From the IMG/VR virus record IMGVR_UViG_3300029288_000146: a stretch of 64,000 nt of DNA; one strand, written 5' to 3'. This DNA is from an uncultured virus (IMG/VR IMGVR_UViG_3300029288_000146). Taxonomy: Duplodnaviria; Heunggongvirae; Uroviricota; Caudoviricetes. Made by a program: the position numbers and the translations under genes. Under the pieces are notes generated by a model that searched no databases, was not told the origin of the DNA, and saw only the letters and a program-made list of their open reading frames with translations. Positions 20,370 through 30,911 of the stretch are shown piece after piece. The stretch's first letter is position 1. Every line of letters begins with the position of its first letter.

Positions 20370-20607
20370 GATCCCTCTCGATGATCTTCCGCAGCTTCGC
20401 CAGTGCGTTGTCCCTGATCTCGCTCACCCGCCCCACACTGACGCCATACACGGCTCCGGTGGCCTTGAGTGTGTAGCCGTATTCGTAGAGCAGTGAGAGG
20501 ATGCCGCGCTCACGATCACTGAGCGTCTGGCAGGCGGAGTGGGCGGGGCCGCGCTCGCGCTCCAGGATGTCGAGCGGGTCGGCGGCTTGGATGGCTTGTG
20601 CGTTCAT
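20359..20607 (-). CDS. Stand-alone sigma70 region-4 HTH
   Basis: LSDRERGILSLLY..GYTLKATG.VYGVSVGRVSEI..NALAKLRK. Confidence 0.75.
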   Translation of the reverse strand: MNAQAIQAADPLDILERERGPAHSACQTLSDRERGILSLLYEYGYTLKATGAVYGVSVGRVSEIRDNALAKLRKIIERDHAA

Positions 20608-20865
20608 ACTTGTACCCCCTCTAAAACCCGAGTGGTTGCTGTAACGGAATCCCTGGTACTTGAAGGGTTGCCGTGCTCGGCCCGCACGCGAGTCTCAGGA
20701 TGGCGTAGAGGGTGTTGTCTTTGTATCCAGCACCCCGCGCGCTTTGAATCTCGTATCCTGTGAGTTTCCAGTCCTGAAATGCGGGCGGGCAGTCAACGAC
20801 TCTGTGGGTGAGCATGTCGAATGTCCAACCCTCGACGTGACACAGGTAGTCTTTCGCGTTGTCGG

Positions 20866-21390
20866 TCATACTTGTACCCCCATGGCTTCGCGCAGTTTGC
20901 GCAGGCCGTGTCTTTGCAGGGTGCGGACTTGCTCTAGGGATAGCAGCATCAGGGCCGCGATCTTGTACAGCGGCACCCCGCGAACGTAGTGCATCACAAG
21001 GGTCTGGCGCTCGTAGGGGTCGAGTTTCGCCAGGCGGCGGTGGAGTGTCCGGTGGAGTACGGCGCGCCAGGTGGGTTCCTCGGGACCGGGTTCAGTGGGG
21101 ATGCTCGCGCCGGTTTCCACCAGCTCCTCGAAGGAGTCCGGGCGCCGCACAGGGTTCCTCGGGCCTCGTCCGAGTGTGGCGCGGATGTAGTGGAGCATGT
21201 GTCCACGGGCATAGGCGTATCCAAGGGTGCTGGGCTGCGTACCCCGCGATGGTTCCCAGCGCCGCATCGCTTCCTGCCAGCCGATAAACCCCTCTTGCAT
21301 GAGGTCGTCGTACTCGATAACCGGTGGTGTTTTCAGTAGGAGCCTACGGGCCAGGGAATCACAGGCTCGTTGGCGGGCGGTGTCGGTCAT
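20866..21390 (-). CDS. Sigma70-family (FliA/SigF-like) sigma factor
   Basis: DDLMQEGFIG..EAMRRWEPSRG region 2 plus region-4 HTH. Confidence 0.85.
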   Translation of the reverse strand: MTDTARQRACDSLARRLLLKTPPVIEYDDLMQEGFIGWQEAMRRWEPSRGTQPSTLGYAYARGHMLHYIRATLGRGPRNPVRRPDSFEELVETGASIPTEPGPEEPTWRAVLHRTLHRRLAKLDPYERQTLVMHYVRGVPLYKIAALMLLSLEQVRTLQRHGLRKLREAMGVQV

Positions 21391-21416
21391 ACTACAAGTG
21401 GTCTCCGTTGACGATC

Positions 21417-22823
21417 TCATAGCTTGTTCGTGTCCATTACCAGGGCCAGGGGTGCCAGCCACCGCGCGTCAATGTCCATCGTCGGCCCGTTGCGGTTCTT
21501 TGCCAGCAGGAGTTGCATGGGTTCGAGGTCGGAGATGGCATAGGACGGCGGACAGGGTTTGGGTTTCTCGGGTGCGTGGTCGCGGTAGACGAATATCACG
21601 TTGTCGGCGTCCTGCTCGATAGCCCCGCTCTCTTTAAGCCACGATAGCTGTGGGCGCCCGCCACCGGAAGCCGCGCGGCTGAACTGGCTGAGGGCCAGCA
21701 CATGAATACCGAGTTCCCGAGCGAGCTGCTTCAGTCCCCGGCTGATCTGTGCTACTTCCTGGGCGCGGTTTGCCGTAGGGTCACTGGAACACATGAGCTG
21801 CAAGTAGTCCACCACCAGCAGCTTGATCCCCTGCTTGGAAATCAGCGACCGGACATTGTGCCGTAGCTGCTGGATGGATAGCACGTTCTTGTTGATGATG
21901 GCGATAGGCGCCTGAAGTATCTCGTTGTATGCCTGGGTCAGCACGTTCCATTCCTGCTGGCTCATGGCGGGCGAGCGCAGCATGGATGTGGAGATGTACC
22001 GGATTTGGTTGCCCGCCCAATACTTCGTCCCCATGCACAATATGCGTTCCCCTAGCCGCTGGTCGCTCATCTCCAGTGCGAACATTGCGCAGGGTATGTC
22101 CTTCTTGATCGCCAGGTGGCGCATGATGGAGAGCGCAAACGCCGTCTTGCCGTGGGAAGTCAGGGCCGCCACGATGGTCATTTCACCCTGACCCAATCCG
22201 CCGGTCTCCCGATCTAGGGCGTCATACCCCGTGGATAGCCCCGTGAGCAGGTTTGGTAGGTCGCTGTCCGGGTGCAGGGTGCGGTATTCCTCCATCTGGT
22301 CGGCGCGGTCACTCATGGCTTGCCAATATTCGACCGCCACGTCACCGATCATCCGGTAGTCGGGACCGCCACCGCTGGCGGAGAGCATCATGATCCCCTG
22401 CTCGGCTTTGTCTAAAACATCCTCGACCGCCATGTCCTGTCTGTGGCAATCCTCGATGGTTTCGACGCTGACCCGTATAAGTGCCCTCAGACGCGCTTTA
22501 TCGGCCACCTTGCGAGCGTGAGAGGCTATACCGGCCGCGCTAGGGACACTGTTGAGCATCGCCATCACGTCGGACTTGGGAACCACGTTTTCGAGTTTGC
22601 GGGAGTACAGCTCATCGAGTACGACATTGCAGTCCGGGGGGATACCACGCTCGTGCATCTCCCCCATGATGGTGAACAGCACCCGGTGGCCTTCGATGTA
22701 GAAATACTCGGGTTTCAGGATGTCGGCGGCAATGGGGTAGGCCGCCTTTGGTTCCAGCATGATCCCGCCGAGTATGCACATCTCCAGTTCGACGTTCGCG
22801 GGTGGGGTACGCTCAAGGCTCAC
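21417..22823 (-). CDS. dnaB: Replicative DNA helicase
   Basis: PPANVELE N-terminus, SHGKT Walker A, VVDYLQLM, LSQ, ESGAIEQDAD and KNRNGP; GTG start coupled to the initiator stop. Confidence 0.93.
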   Translation of the reverse strand: MSLERTPPANVELEMCILGGIMLEPKAAYPIAADILKPEYFYIEGHRVLFTIMGEMHERGIPPDCNVVLDELYSRKLENVVPKSDVMAMLNSVPSAAGIASHARKVADKARLRALIRVSVETIEDCHRQDMAVEDVLDKAEQGIMMLSASGGGPDYRMIGDVAVEYWQAMSDRADQMEEYRTLHPDSDLPNLLTGLSTGYDALDRETGGLGQGEMTIVAALTSHGKTAFALSIMRHLAIKKDIPCAMFALEMSDQRLGERILCMGTKYWAGNQIRYISTSMLRSPAMSQQEWNVLTQAYNEILQAPIAIINKNVLSIQQLRHNVRSLISKQGIKLLVVDYLQLMCSSDPTANRAQEVAQISRGLKQLARELGIHVLALSQFSRAASGGGRPQLSWLKESGAIEQDADNVIFVYRDHAPEKPKPCPPSYAISDLEPMQLLLAKNRNGPTMDIDARWLAPLALVMDTNKL

Positions 22824-23668
22824 TGGTTGTACCTCATCTTGTACCAGTTCAGCAGTGTGGCAAAGAGCTTTCCGTTCGACCATGCGGCCATGTTGAGCAG
22901 TTTCGGCAACCATCCCGACTTCGGATCGTTCCAGGCTGCTCGCCAGGCGTCGTAGAGCTTCTGCGCGTCACACTCACAGATTTCCAGGCCCGACTGTATT
23001 GCGTATGCGAAGCTCGCTCGGCTGCGTGGATTTACAACTACGTAACCACGCTCCGTCCGAGCGGAATCCAGCAGGTCGCAGATTTGCTCGGATAGCCATT
23101 GAGCTGGCTCGCCAGGCTCGGGTCTTGGTTCCCGTGGTTTGCGCTTCGGCTTGGTAGCCGGGATACCCTCGTTTTGGGTATCGTGAGAGATACTACCGTT
23201 AGGTAGTATCTTATCTTTAATGTTCTGTTCTGTAATGTAATGTAAGGACTCCCCCCCAACGGGGGGTATACGGGGTGTGGGGGGGGTGTATACGGGGTGT
23301 ACCTCAGCCCAGTCCTGTACTAGAGTAGTTTTCCCGACTAGTGAATCAAGCTCTTTTTCAAGTGCGCGGCGGATACTCTCGCCGGTATACCCCTGATACC
23401 CCGTAAAGTCCTTAACGAGTATGAAATCGCCGTCTCGGGATACCTGTTTCGCTTCAACGAGGGTATCAAGTGCGGTATCAATACGCTCGCGGGTGAGTTC
23501 TGGAAGGTGGTACAACGCCAGGTCATAGTCGAAGTGGACGATGCCGGCGAGGGTGTCCACGGGGTAGTCCACGAGGTACAGCCAGAGGGTGCGGGCGTCG
23601 GGGTGGAGGCGCATGAAAGGTTTGTTCCAGATGCCACGATCCAGGCGGACGTATCGCAGGAGCGCCAT
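22820..23668 (-). CDS. Phage replication initiator
   Basis: IW.KPF.RL...ARTLWLYL N-terminus, internal repeats, directly upstream of dnaB. Confidence 0.7.
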   Translation of the reverse strand: MALLRYVRLDRGIWNKPFMRLHPDARTLWLYLVDYPVDTLAGIVHFDYDLALYHLPELTRERIDTALDTLVEAKQVSRDGDFILVKDFTGYQGYTGESIRRALEKELDSLVGKTTLVQDWAEVHPVYTPPTPRIPPVGGESLHYITEQNIKDKILPNGSISHDTQNEGIPATKPKRKPREPRPEPGEPAQWLSEQICDLLDSARTERGYVVVNPRSRASFAYAIQSGLEICECDAQKLYDAWRAAWNDPKSGWLPKLLNMAAWSNGKLFATLLNWYKMRYNQ

Positions 23669-24787
23669 GTTAGCCCTGCTCCGCTTGGCGCATGTAATCG
23701 GCATACCTCTCACTGTGGTGGCGGGGGTCTTGCGGGTCAAGCATCATCGCGTCACTGCACGCCAGCTCCAACGCCCGCCTCGTCTGCGCAAGTTCCGCCC
23801 GCAGCTTCCGTAGCTCGCTTGCTGGTATCGCCGTCATTTCAAGCTCACACTCAGATGGTTTCGCCATTATTTCCCTCCGCTTGGCGCAAGCACCACTCTA
23901 CCCATTCTTGGTATGTGCGGGTATCCTTTCCATCCAGCATCAATATCTGCATACACGCCAGTTCCAACGCCCGCCGCGTCTGCGCGAGTTCCAGCTGTAA
24001 CTGGTATTCGGGGGGTAGTTTTGTGGCTTTAGTGCTCAGTGCGCCTTTAGGCATTGTTTTCCTCCTCATAGTGTGGATCATCCCACCCCAGCTTCGCGTC
24101 CGCTATCCCTCCGTGCCAGTGTCCACGCGGGCAGCAGCACACAATAGGTTCTGCGCACAACGGGCAGCGCAAGTCTGGGATTACTGCGCTGAGTTCCGCG
24201 ATCCGGGCGTCCTTGTCGGCAAGCTCGCGCGTCCATGATTTCTGCTGGCGGTCGAGCAGTGCATGGCAGCGCTCGATTTCGTCAAGGGCGTGAAACATCT
24301 CCCAACCCGTGTACACAGCAGCGCGTGTTGACTGCATGTTGTATCGCATTTGCGCAATCCTATCTTCTGTCCATTCATCACTCATCACTTATTCCTGTTC
24401 ACAGTACACAACCTCGCCGGTTTTCAGCAGGCCGAATATCTGACGTTTGCCAGTGTATGGCTCACCGGGGCCGTCGCCAAAGGTGTCTTTATATGGCCCG
24501 TCGGCAAAGAAGTCGATTTGATACCATAGGTTAATAGATTCCATGTTCACCAGTATTGGCGCTGCTGGATAATGCTCACGAATGTACTTTGCACACTGGC
24601 CGCGCGGTTCACTCATCGCTTACCTCGTCCCACTCAGATTCCGTTATGATGTATCCACACTCGCACTCGTGGATGTAGGTAGGATATGGATCGCCGTCGT
24701 ACAGCACCACCTGGGCGGGCTGGATGCGCTGGCATAGTGGGCAGCGGATATTTACCTTTCGTTGGTATATCGCCATTTGCCAGCCGC

Positions 24788-25054
24788 TCATTCCCCCACC
24801 CCCAGCTCAGTCAGCAGCTTTGCCAGCTCCGGCGAGATACCGGTTCCGTGACAGTGCGGGCAGCGGATCGTGGTTCCCTCATCCGACGCGTCGCACTCGC
24901 CGTAGCCGTGGCACCATGAGCACCCGCCGCCCTGCTCGATGGCAATGGCTAGAGAATATGCAAGTTGCGCTACCGGGTATCCATCCTCGCCCCACGTCTC
25001 ACGCCATGAATCTCCGCGTTTCCGCAGTTCCGTGACTACTTCAGCTTTGTTCAT
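24788..25054 (-). CDS. DnaJ-type zinc-finger protein (paralog of 6518..6820)
   Basis: CSWCHGYG and CPHCHGTG; near-identical C-terminus. Confidence 0.6.
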   Translation of the reverse strand: MNKAEVVTELRKRGDSWRETWGEDGYPVAQLAYSLAIAIEQGGGCSWCHGYGECDASDEGTTIRCPHCHGTGISPELAKLLTELGVGE

Positions 25055-25403
25055 TGCTTGCCCCCAGGTGGCGCTCGATGAGTCCGATGATCTGAAACGC
25101 GGTGCCGGTAGGACACAAACGCGAGTCAGAGACGAAGGCCAGGATTTCCTCAAGCGCGGCAATGAGGGCCGGCTGTGTGTTGCGGGCTGAGGCGATGAAA
25201 CGGGCATTTGGTTCGTTCATCACGTCCCCGCCGTCGGTATCGACCGGACACGTTTCGGGAACCCACCATTCGGCAGGTGAGCCATAATCAGGATCGCCCT
25301 CATAAGTACAGTCAGCTTGCCACGGCCCCGGAGTCGCCGCATCGCACAGCTTTCGCAGCGCGGCCAGCTTGTCACTGATCGTCATGTCAGGCTCCTTGCT
25401 CAT
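25041..25403 (-). CDS. Ead/Ea22-like protein
   Basis: CDAATPGPW and NARFIASAR motifs. Confidence 0.65.
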   Translation of the reverse strand: MSKEPDMTISDKLAALRKLCDAATPGPWQADCTYEGDPDYGSPAEWWVPETCPVDTDGGDVMNEPNARFIASARNTQPALIAALEEILAFVSDSRLCPTGTAFQIIGLIERHLGASNEQS

Positions 25404-25568
25404 AACGCTGGTTCCAGATGCTCAATGCTTTGTCCACGTGGTCAGCGGCGCTCGTCTCGGCTCCGCAGTTAGAACACCGGAACCAGATGGCTTCCGGGTG
25501 CGTTTGTTCGATTTCAATTTCGTCCGAGCCGCAGAACGGGCATGGTTTGATTTCGCTTGCTAGCATGT

Positions 25569-25994
25569 TCAGGCTCCTTGTTTGTATTGCTGGTTATCCG
25601 GGTGCTGCCACGCTTGTATATCCACGGTGATTGAGTCCGTTGCACCGCGCACCACCTGGATATGCAAGTCCTTCACTTGCCGATCATCCGCCCACGTAAT
25701 TCCATTCAGAGCATCCAACACCGCGCCTGCGTAGTTGTCAGCGTCACCCCGCGGGACTTGCTTGAACTGCGCGATGATGGATACTGACACGTCGCCTGGG
25801 AATGAGAGCAATCTACAATATTTGGTGGCATAAACTCCGAACGTCTGTTTCCACTGCACGTAGTCATTGGGCATGAATGTACCCTTGCTGGTTACGCGCG
25901 GGCGGGCTTTGGTGGCGCAACGCATGGGGACGTTGAACGTGAGAGGCGCGGGATCGATGCCAAGAACGAGGTTAGTCATTGCTCGCCTCCACAA
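25569..25994 (-). CDS. rusA: RusA-family Holliday junction resolvase
   Basis: KARPR, DADNY..AVLDALNG..WADDRQV. Confidence 0.88.
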   Translation of the reverse strand: MWRRAMTNLVLGIDPAPLTFNVPMRCATKARPRVTSKGTFMPNDYVQWKQTFGVYATKYCRLLSFPGDVSVSIIAQFKQVPRGDADNYAGAVLDALNGITWADDRQVKDLHIQVVRGATDSITVDIQAWQHPDNQQYKQGA

Positions 25995-27083
25995 TCACCC
26001 AGCACGGGTAATCACCATCGGTATCCCACACCAGCTTGATATCGCAGCACCCGTTGATGTCCGCCACGACTTCGGCCATTGGATGCCTGAGAAGCGTGGC
26101 TATCAGATCAATCGCTAGCATTGCTTTGCTCCCACCAGGCCATCAGCACCTCGAAGCGCTGAAGTATTGATTTCGCCTGCGCCAGACTAGACGGCCAGAC
26201 TGGTAGACCGTTGACGATGTAAGGGCCAAAGTCACTAATTGGATGGTCTACGCCGTTGAAATATCGCTCTGCGGGATGAAACATCGGTGACTGAAAATGT
26301 GCCAATATCTCATGGTTGTCATGCACATACCCAAGCGAGATGCTGTAATCTCCATAGGTAGGATTGTTGAACGCGGCCAACACCTGCTCGCGTGTGTATC
26401 CGCAGCCTGGAGTTACAGCGGGGAGAATGGGAATTGTGCGTAGGGTCATCGCCTCTTGCCAGTGCGTATTGATTGCGCGAATCCGGTCGGATAGTTCCCA
26501 AAACTCATGATCTATGTACTTTACGATCATCCCAGCTTCCGGCGTGATGATCTTGTCCGCTGAGCCGATGCGCACTTTGTCATTCCAGTTCATCATTCAC
26601 CCCTTAGCCTGCGTGATAAAACTTGCGCGTTTTGGAGCGCGAGGATTAGTTCATCGGATACCATGCACACGTAGCGGCTCGGCTCGCTAAGGTTGAGTGT
26701 TGGCGGATTGTGTAGGTCCACGGCGATGAAGCAGTTATCTGACACGCGAATATCGATGAAGCTGCTGGTTGAATTGCCGCGCTCGGGGTATCCGATCATC
26801 TCATTCAGCAGTTCCGCCTCGCTGAGTCCGGCAAATCCGCGCGGTGGGTAGATGGGGGTGGAACACGCCATGATAAATTCATAGAATGATGAAGATGTCT
26901 CCCAAGGTATCACACCCCAAGTCCCCGGTTCCACGCCAACGCCGTGGGAGAGGAGTGTTCTTTTGAAATACGAACGTGCATGGTTGATGAATGAATTATT
27001 GCCGTTATTGCAGATCACACCTCCGCACCAATACATTGGTGTCACTTTGACGCCACACAGCACGTCGCCCCACGCTAGTTGCT

Positions 27084-28373
27084 TCACTTCGCACCCCCAA
27101 TCAACGTCACGTCATTCTCTGCCCAGTACCCAGTCGTCGGGCGCATCCACACCGGGCCGTTCGGGATTTCCACCTCATACGCCACCGGCACGACGCGGCT
27201 GGGTTTCTCTAGCGCCTGGTTCAAGCGAACGGCTGTCACCTGGCCAGCGGTGGAGCCTTTGAGCAGCCAGTCACCGATGGCATACTTGGGGACTGGCGCG
27301 GACGGGGGAAGGTAGAGGAGGTCGGCGGGAGCAAAAGCCCAACGCGATCCATCACCGAACGTCACCCCCCAACGCTCGCCAGTAGGTTCATATTGGTAAT
27401 ATAATCCTGGCGGGGTGTGGTGTTCGAGTATGCCATCCTGGCCGACGCAAGAATCCAGCTCGGACACATAATTGTGGTCGGCCTTGGTAGCATCAAGGCT
27501 CACAACTCGCACGCGGTCGCCAATGGCGAAGGCGTGGGTCGCTGGACGGCATCTACTCAAGCTCTGCCACGCTTCATGCCCAAAAGACTCGCGCACAAAC
27601 CAGACACTTGTGCCGTCTACTCTTGTTACTATCACTGGTTCGCTGGGGAAAGAATCAGTGATAATCAACCCGCCTTCTAGCCTAACGTCATCAGCCCACG
27701 GGTACGGGTTGACTAAATCCGGCTGGTTGACCGCGCTGTCAACTGGCGGGGTTTTGTCATGGCGCGGCGGGAATGGGCGCTTGGCGGCCTTTACTTCCAT
27801 GCACGTCATGTAGGGATTGCCCCACATCCAGTTGTTAGGCAGCTTCACCGGCTCTGGCTTGGCCTCTTGGGAATACCCAACGCCGAGCGAACCGTCAGCT
27901 TCCGGCCATTCGTGGCGCCGGTATTGTGTCTTGCAAGCGGAGCACGTATAGTGGATTATGTAGTCATCCTCAGCGCTAACGTGTACCCCCACAAGGCGAC
28001 CGCCGCAGAAGGGGCATGTCCGGTCGTCTGGTTTGGGTTTGGCCTGCTCGTTGATCGACAACCATGCGCGGCAAAGTGCGAGCCAGAGATCGTGGTCGGA
28101 GTGTGAGCCCTTTTGCCAGAGCGTCACGTCCTTTATGCCAGTTAGGTGACGGTCATCTCCGGCGCGTTCCCAGAAAATGTACGCCAGCTCATCGCCCAGC
28201 GCATCAATCATGTCGCCCACGCGGGGACACCAGATAACGCCACTGGGCACGGGAAACGTCACTTGACGCGGACATGTGGCTTCCGGGCAATACCACACCT
28301 CATCGGTTGGTCTCCATGCATGGTCAAGCCCAGCCGCGTGCATCCGCTTGCAAAGCTCGTATTTGCTATCCAT
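27084..28373 (-). CDS. Mosaic multi-domain protein (Zn ribbon + SH3-like repeats)
   Basis: CPFCGG..CSAC; FAIGDRVRV and YAIGDW segments. Confidence 0.55.
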   Translation of the reverse strand: MDSKYELCKRMHAAGLDHAWRPTDEVWYCPEATCPRQVTFPVPSGVIWCPRVGDMIDALGDELAYIFWERAGDDRHLTGIKDVTLWQKGSHSDHDLWLALCRAWLSINEQAKPKPDDRTCPFCGGRLVGVHVSAEDDYIIHYTCSACKTQYRRHEWPEADGSLGVGYSQEAKPEPVKLPNNWMWGNPYMTCMEVKAAKRPFPPRHDKTPPVDSAVNQPDLVNPYPWADDVRLEGGLIITDSFPSEPVIVTRVDGTSVWFVRESFGHEAWQSLSRCRPATHAFAIGDRVRVVSLDATKADHNYVSELDSCVGQDGILEHHTPPGLYYQYEPTGERWGVTFGDGSRWAFAPADLLYLPPSAPVPKYAIGDWLLKGSTAGQVTAVRLNQALEKPSRVVPVAYEVEIPNGPVWMRPTTGYWAENDVTLIGGAK

Positions 28374-30035
28374 TGCTGGCCTCCACTTCACCCGTGCCGC
28401 CGCATTCTTCGCAGTCGTGATCCGGGTCTACTGAGTAGTAGAGTTGGCCGCAAGTCGGGCAGTCCATCCAATCACCCTTCTTGCCTGTGCCGTTGCAGTA
28501 TTCACACACAACCATCTGCTTATCCATTGCTGGCCTCCAATCTCTCCACACCCCGCTCCTCAATCGCCAGGTCAAGCGCGTTGCTAGTTTGTTTTTCCAG
28601 CCGCCGCGAGAATATGGTGATCTCAAGGATCGGGTCGGTCATTGCTCGCAGGTTGCCGGTATCAATCGGCGGGTCGGTCTTGATCAGGTCTTCAATGGCC
28701 GCGAGAATGATGTGGGCTTGGAATTTGGCGGCAAGTAGTTGGTCTAGCATCTTGTCAGTCACGTTCGGCCTCCATCCACTCTTTGATTCCATCAATCAGC
28801 TCGCTACATGTTTTGGGCGGTAACTCATCCAGCACGCAATCCATCAGCTCGTATGCTTGCTGCAACTTGACCGCCGCGCGTTGATCCTCAGTCGCCCATG
28901 CGGTTGTCCAAAACACCTTCGTCAGCCCAGCAATGGTTTGTGCCATCTCGCGCTCGGCCAGTTCGGTTGAAGCGGTGATGATGATGCGCTTGTCATGAGC
29001 AAATGCAACGCACATGACCTTGGAGTCGCGTTCCTTTTCGAGTGCTACGAGCATGGCACGCAGGGATTCGCAAGTCTGGGCGTCGTCTGGGAGTTGCTCG
29101 GTTGTGATTTCAGCCACGTTTGGCCTCCAAGTCGGCAAGTTCGGATTCGAGATCAAGCAGGCTGTCGATTGCCCCTGACAGCGCCAGGTCGGCGTCTACG
29201 TCAATGGCATGTTCGCTGGCCCGCCACGCCTTCGCAGCTTCAACCACGGCTTCCTTGGCTGCGGCGATTTCCTGCTGCTTGTTGAACACCCCGAGTAGGT
29301 CTCTCATCGTCTAATCCTCCGCCGTCTTTGCTTCCAAATCCACGCTCTCCCGCAAGCACCGCGCCTGTTCCAGTGCGTCCTGTGCTACAACCATCAGCGA
29401 GAAACTTGCTGCGGCAGCATCGCCGTCGTCTAGCTCGTCACACGTGCGGCCCATGTATTCGTCAATCTCGTTGTCGATCACGCTGCGGGTGATCAGGATT
29501 TGCTGCTTCACTGGTAGCACCCGGCCGTCTCCGTCTGGGTAGCGCACGTTACTGTTCATCGTCTGTCTCCTCGGGCGCGGTTTCCGGTTGCCGGACTTCG
29601 CAGTTTTCGTCCGGGGGTGTGGTGCGAATGGACACCGAGTACGGGCCATAGGCGGTCACGTATCCTTCCGCCGCGTCGAGTGCTTGGGCTATCTCCGGCC
29701 AGTCAGTGCGGTTCCGCAGCCACGTCATGTAATGGTCAGTCCGCATCTTCCCCAGCAGCTCGGCAATCACCGGCCCCGGGTCGCGCGCCAGGACTTCGGC
29801 AACGGTGGCGGGGTCGGGAACCTGGCGGTACACCTGGCGTTGGTCGTAGATGTGGATCGCGCCGGCCGGTTTGCCATTGACGGTTTCGCCGCCGTAAGAG
29901 AAGCCGCCGGATGTGCGGGCTGCGGTGTAGAGTACGTGTTCGAGCAGGTGGTAGTATGGCCGCATGTGGCTGTACTGCTGGGCGGCGGCTTGGACTTCCT
30001 CGGGGGTGTAGGAGTCGCGGCGGGTGAGGAGGGTG

Positions 30036-30911
30036 TCAGGCTGCATTCTTCTTCCTCGATGTCAGGATTGCTAGCGGGGTCTGGAACACCAGCGGCAGCA
30101 GTGCCACGTTCCGGGGGCAGCGGTCACACACGGAGCACCACTGGCAGGTTCCGGGTACGTCTGGCTGCACGGGCCAGGGGTTGTCAGCCAGGAGGTCGTA
30201 AAGCGCGTCTAACTTGCGGAACGCCCACTCACAGCGGCGCTGGGCTTCGGTGGTTGCGTGCTCGCGGGTGTAGCGATAGTCGGCGGAGTTCTTGAATCCG
30301 TACTTGACGCCCCACAGTTTGATGTCAACGGCTTCACGCTCGGGGTGGTGCCAGAAGTCCAGGGCGGCGTAGAGTTGGAGCTGCGGGTTCGCTGATGCGG
30401 CACCGGGGCCAAGGTGTTCCTCGCCCATTTTGAAGTCCCAGATTTCGCTCCGCTTCCCCCGCTTGTACACCGCCTGGTAGTCCAGCCGTCCGGTGATGAT
30501 GTCTTCCGTGAGGTTGACCACGTTGCCGTCGTCGTCCAGCTCGACTTCCACGGGTTCGTACTTGCGGTTCACAGCCAGGGTGAGTTCGGTCTGGTGGGAA
30601 TCCGCGCGTTTGTCCAGGCGGAAGGCGGTGACGAACATCTCGCCAACGTCGAGGATGTCCTGGGCGATGTGCGGGGGTTCGCTCTCGACAGCCTTGAGGA
30701 TGCGGTCGGTGTACCAGTCCATGTCACGAGTCCGGCGACTGCGGTTCAGGTGGGCGATGTAGTCCTCGGCGAGCTTGTGGAGGACGCGACCCTTGTAGGC
30801 GGGGGTGGATGTGTAGTCACCGCAGCCGTGGACGTAGCGTTGTTGGAACATCCAGGCGCAGAACAGGGCTTTGATGCGGGAGTTGGAGAGTTGCATGGGT
30901 GGACGGGTCAC
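30036..30911 (-). CDS. PD-(D/E)XK nuclease (RecB/Cas4-like)
   Basis: LSNSRI, G..LH, GRLD, WDFKMG, QLQLYA and CxxCxxxxxC. Confidence 0.85.
   Translation of the reverse strand: MTRPPMQLSNSRIKALFCAWMFQQRYVHGCGDYTSTPAYKGRVLHKLAEDYIAHLNRSRRTRDMDWYTDRILKAVESEPPHIAQDILDVGEMFVTAFRLDKRADSHQTELTLAVNRKYEPVEVELDDDGNVVNLTEDIITGRLDYQAVYKRGKRSEIWDFKMGEEHLGPGAASANPQLQLYAALDFWHHPEREAVDIKLWGVKYGFKNSADYRYTREHATTEAQRRCEWAFRKLDALYDLLADNPWPVQPDVPGTCQWCSVCDRCPRNVALLPLVFQTPLAILTSRKKNAA

Noticed and set aside
6752..24856. Diversity-generating retroelement TR/VR pair
   Set aside because: No reverse transcriptase in the window, mismatches are not adenine-specific, and both copies are coding paralogs
30036..30911. Cas4 as part of a CRISPR system
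   Set aside because: It sits in a standard phage recombination module with AAA and SMC ATPases; no other cas genes
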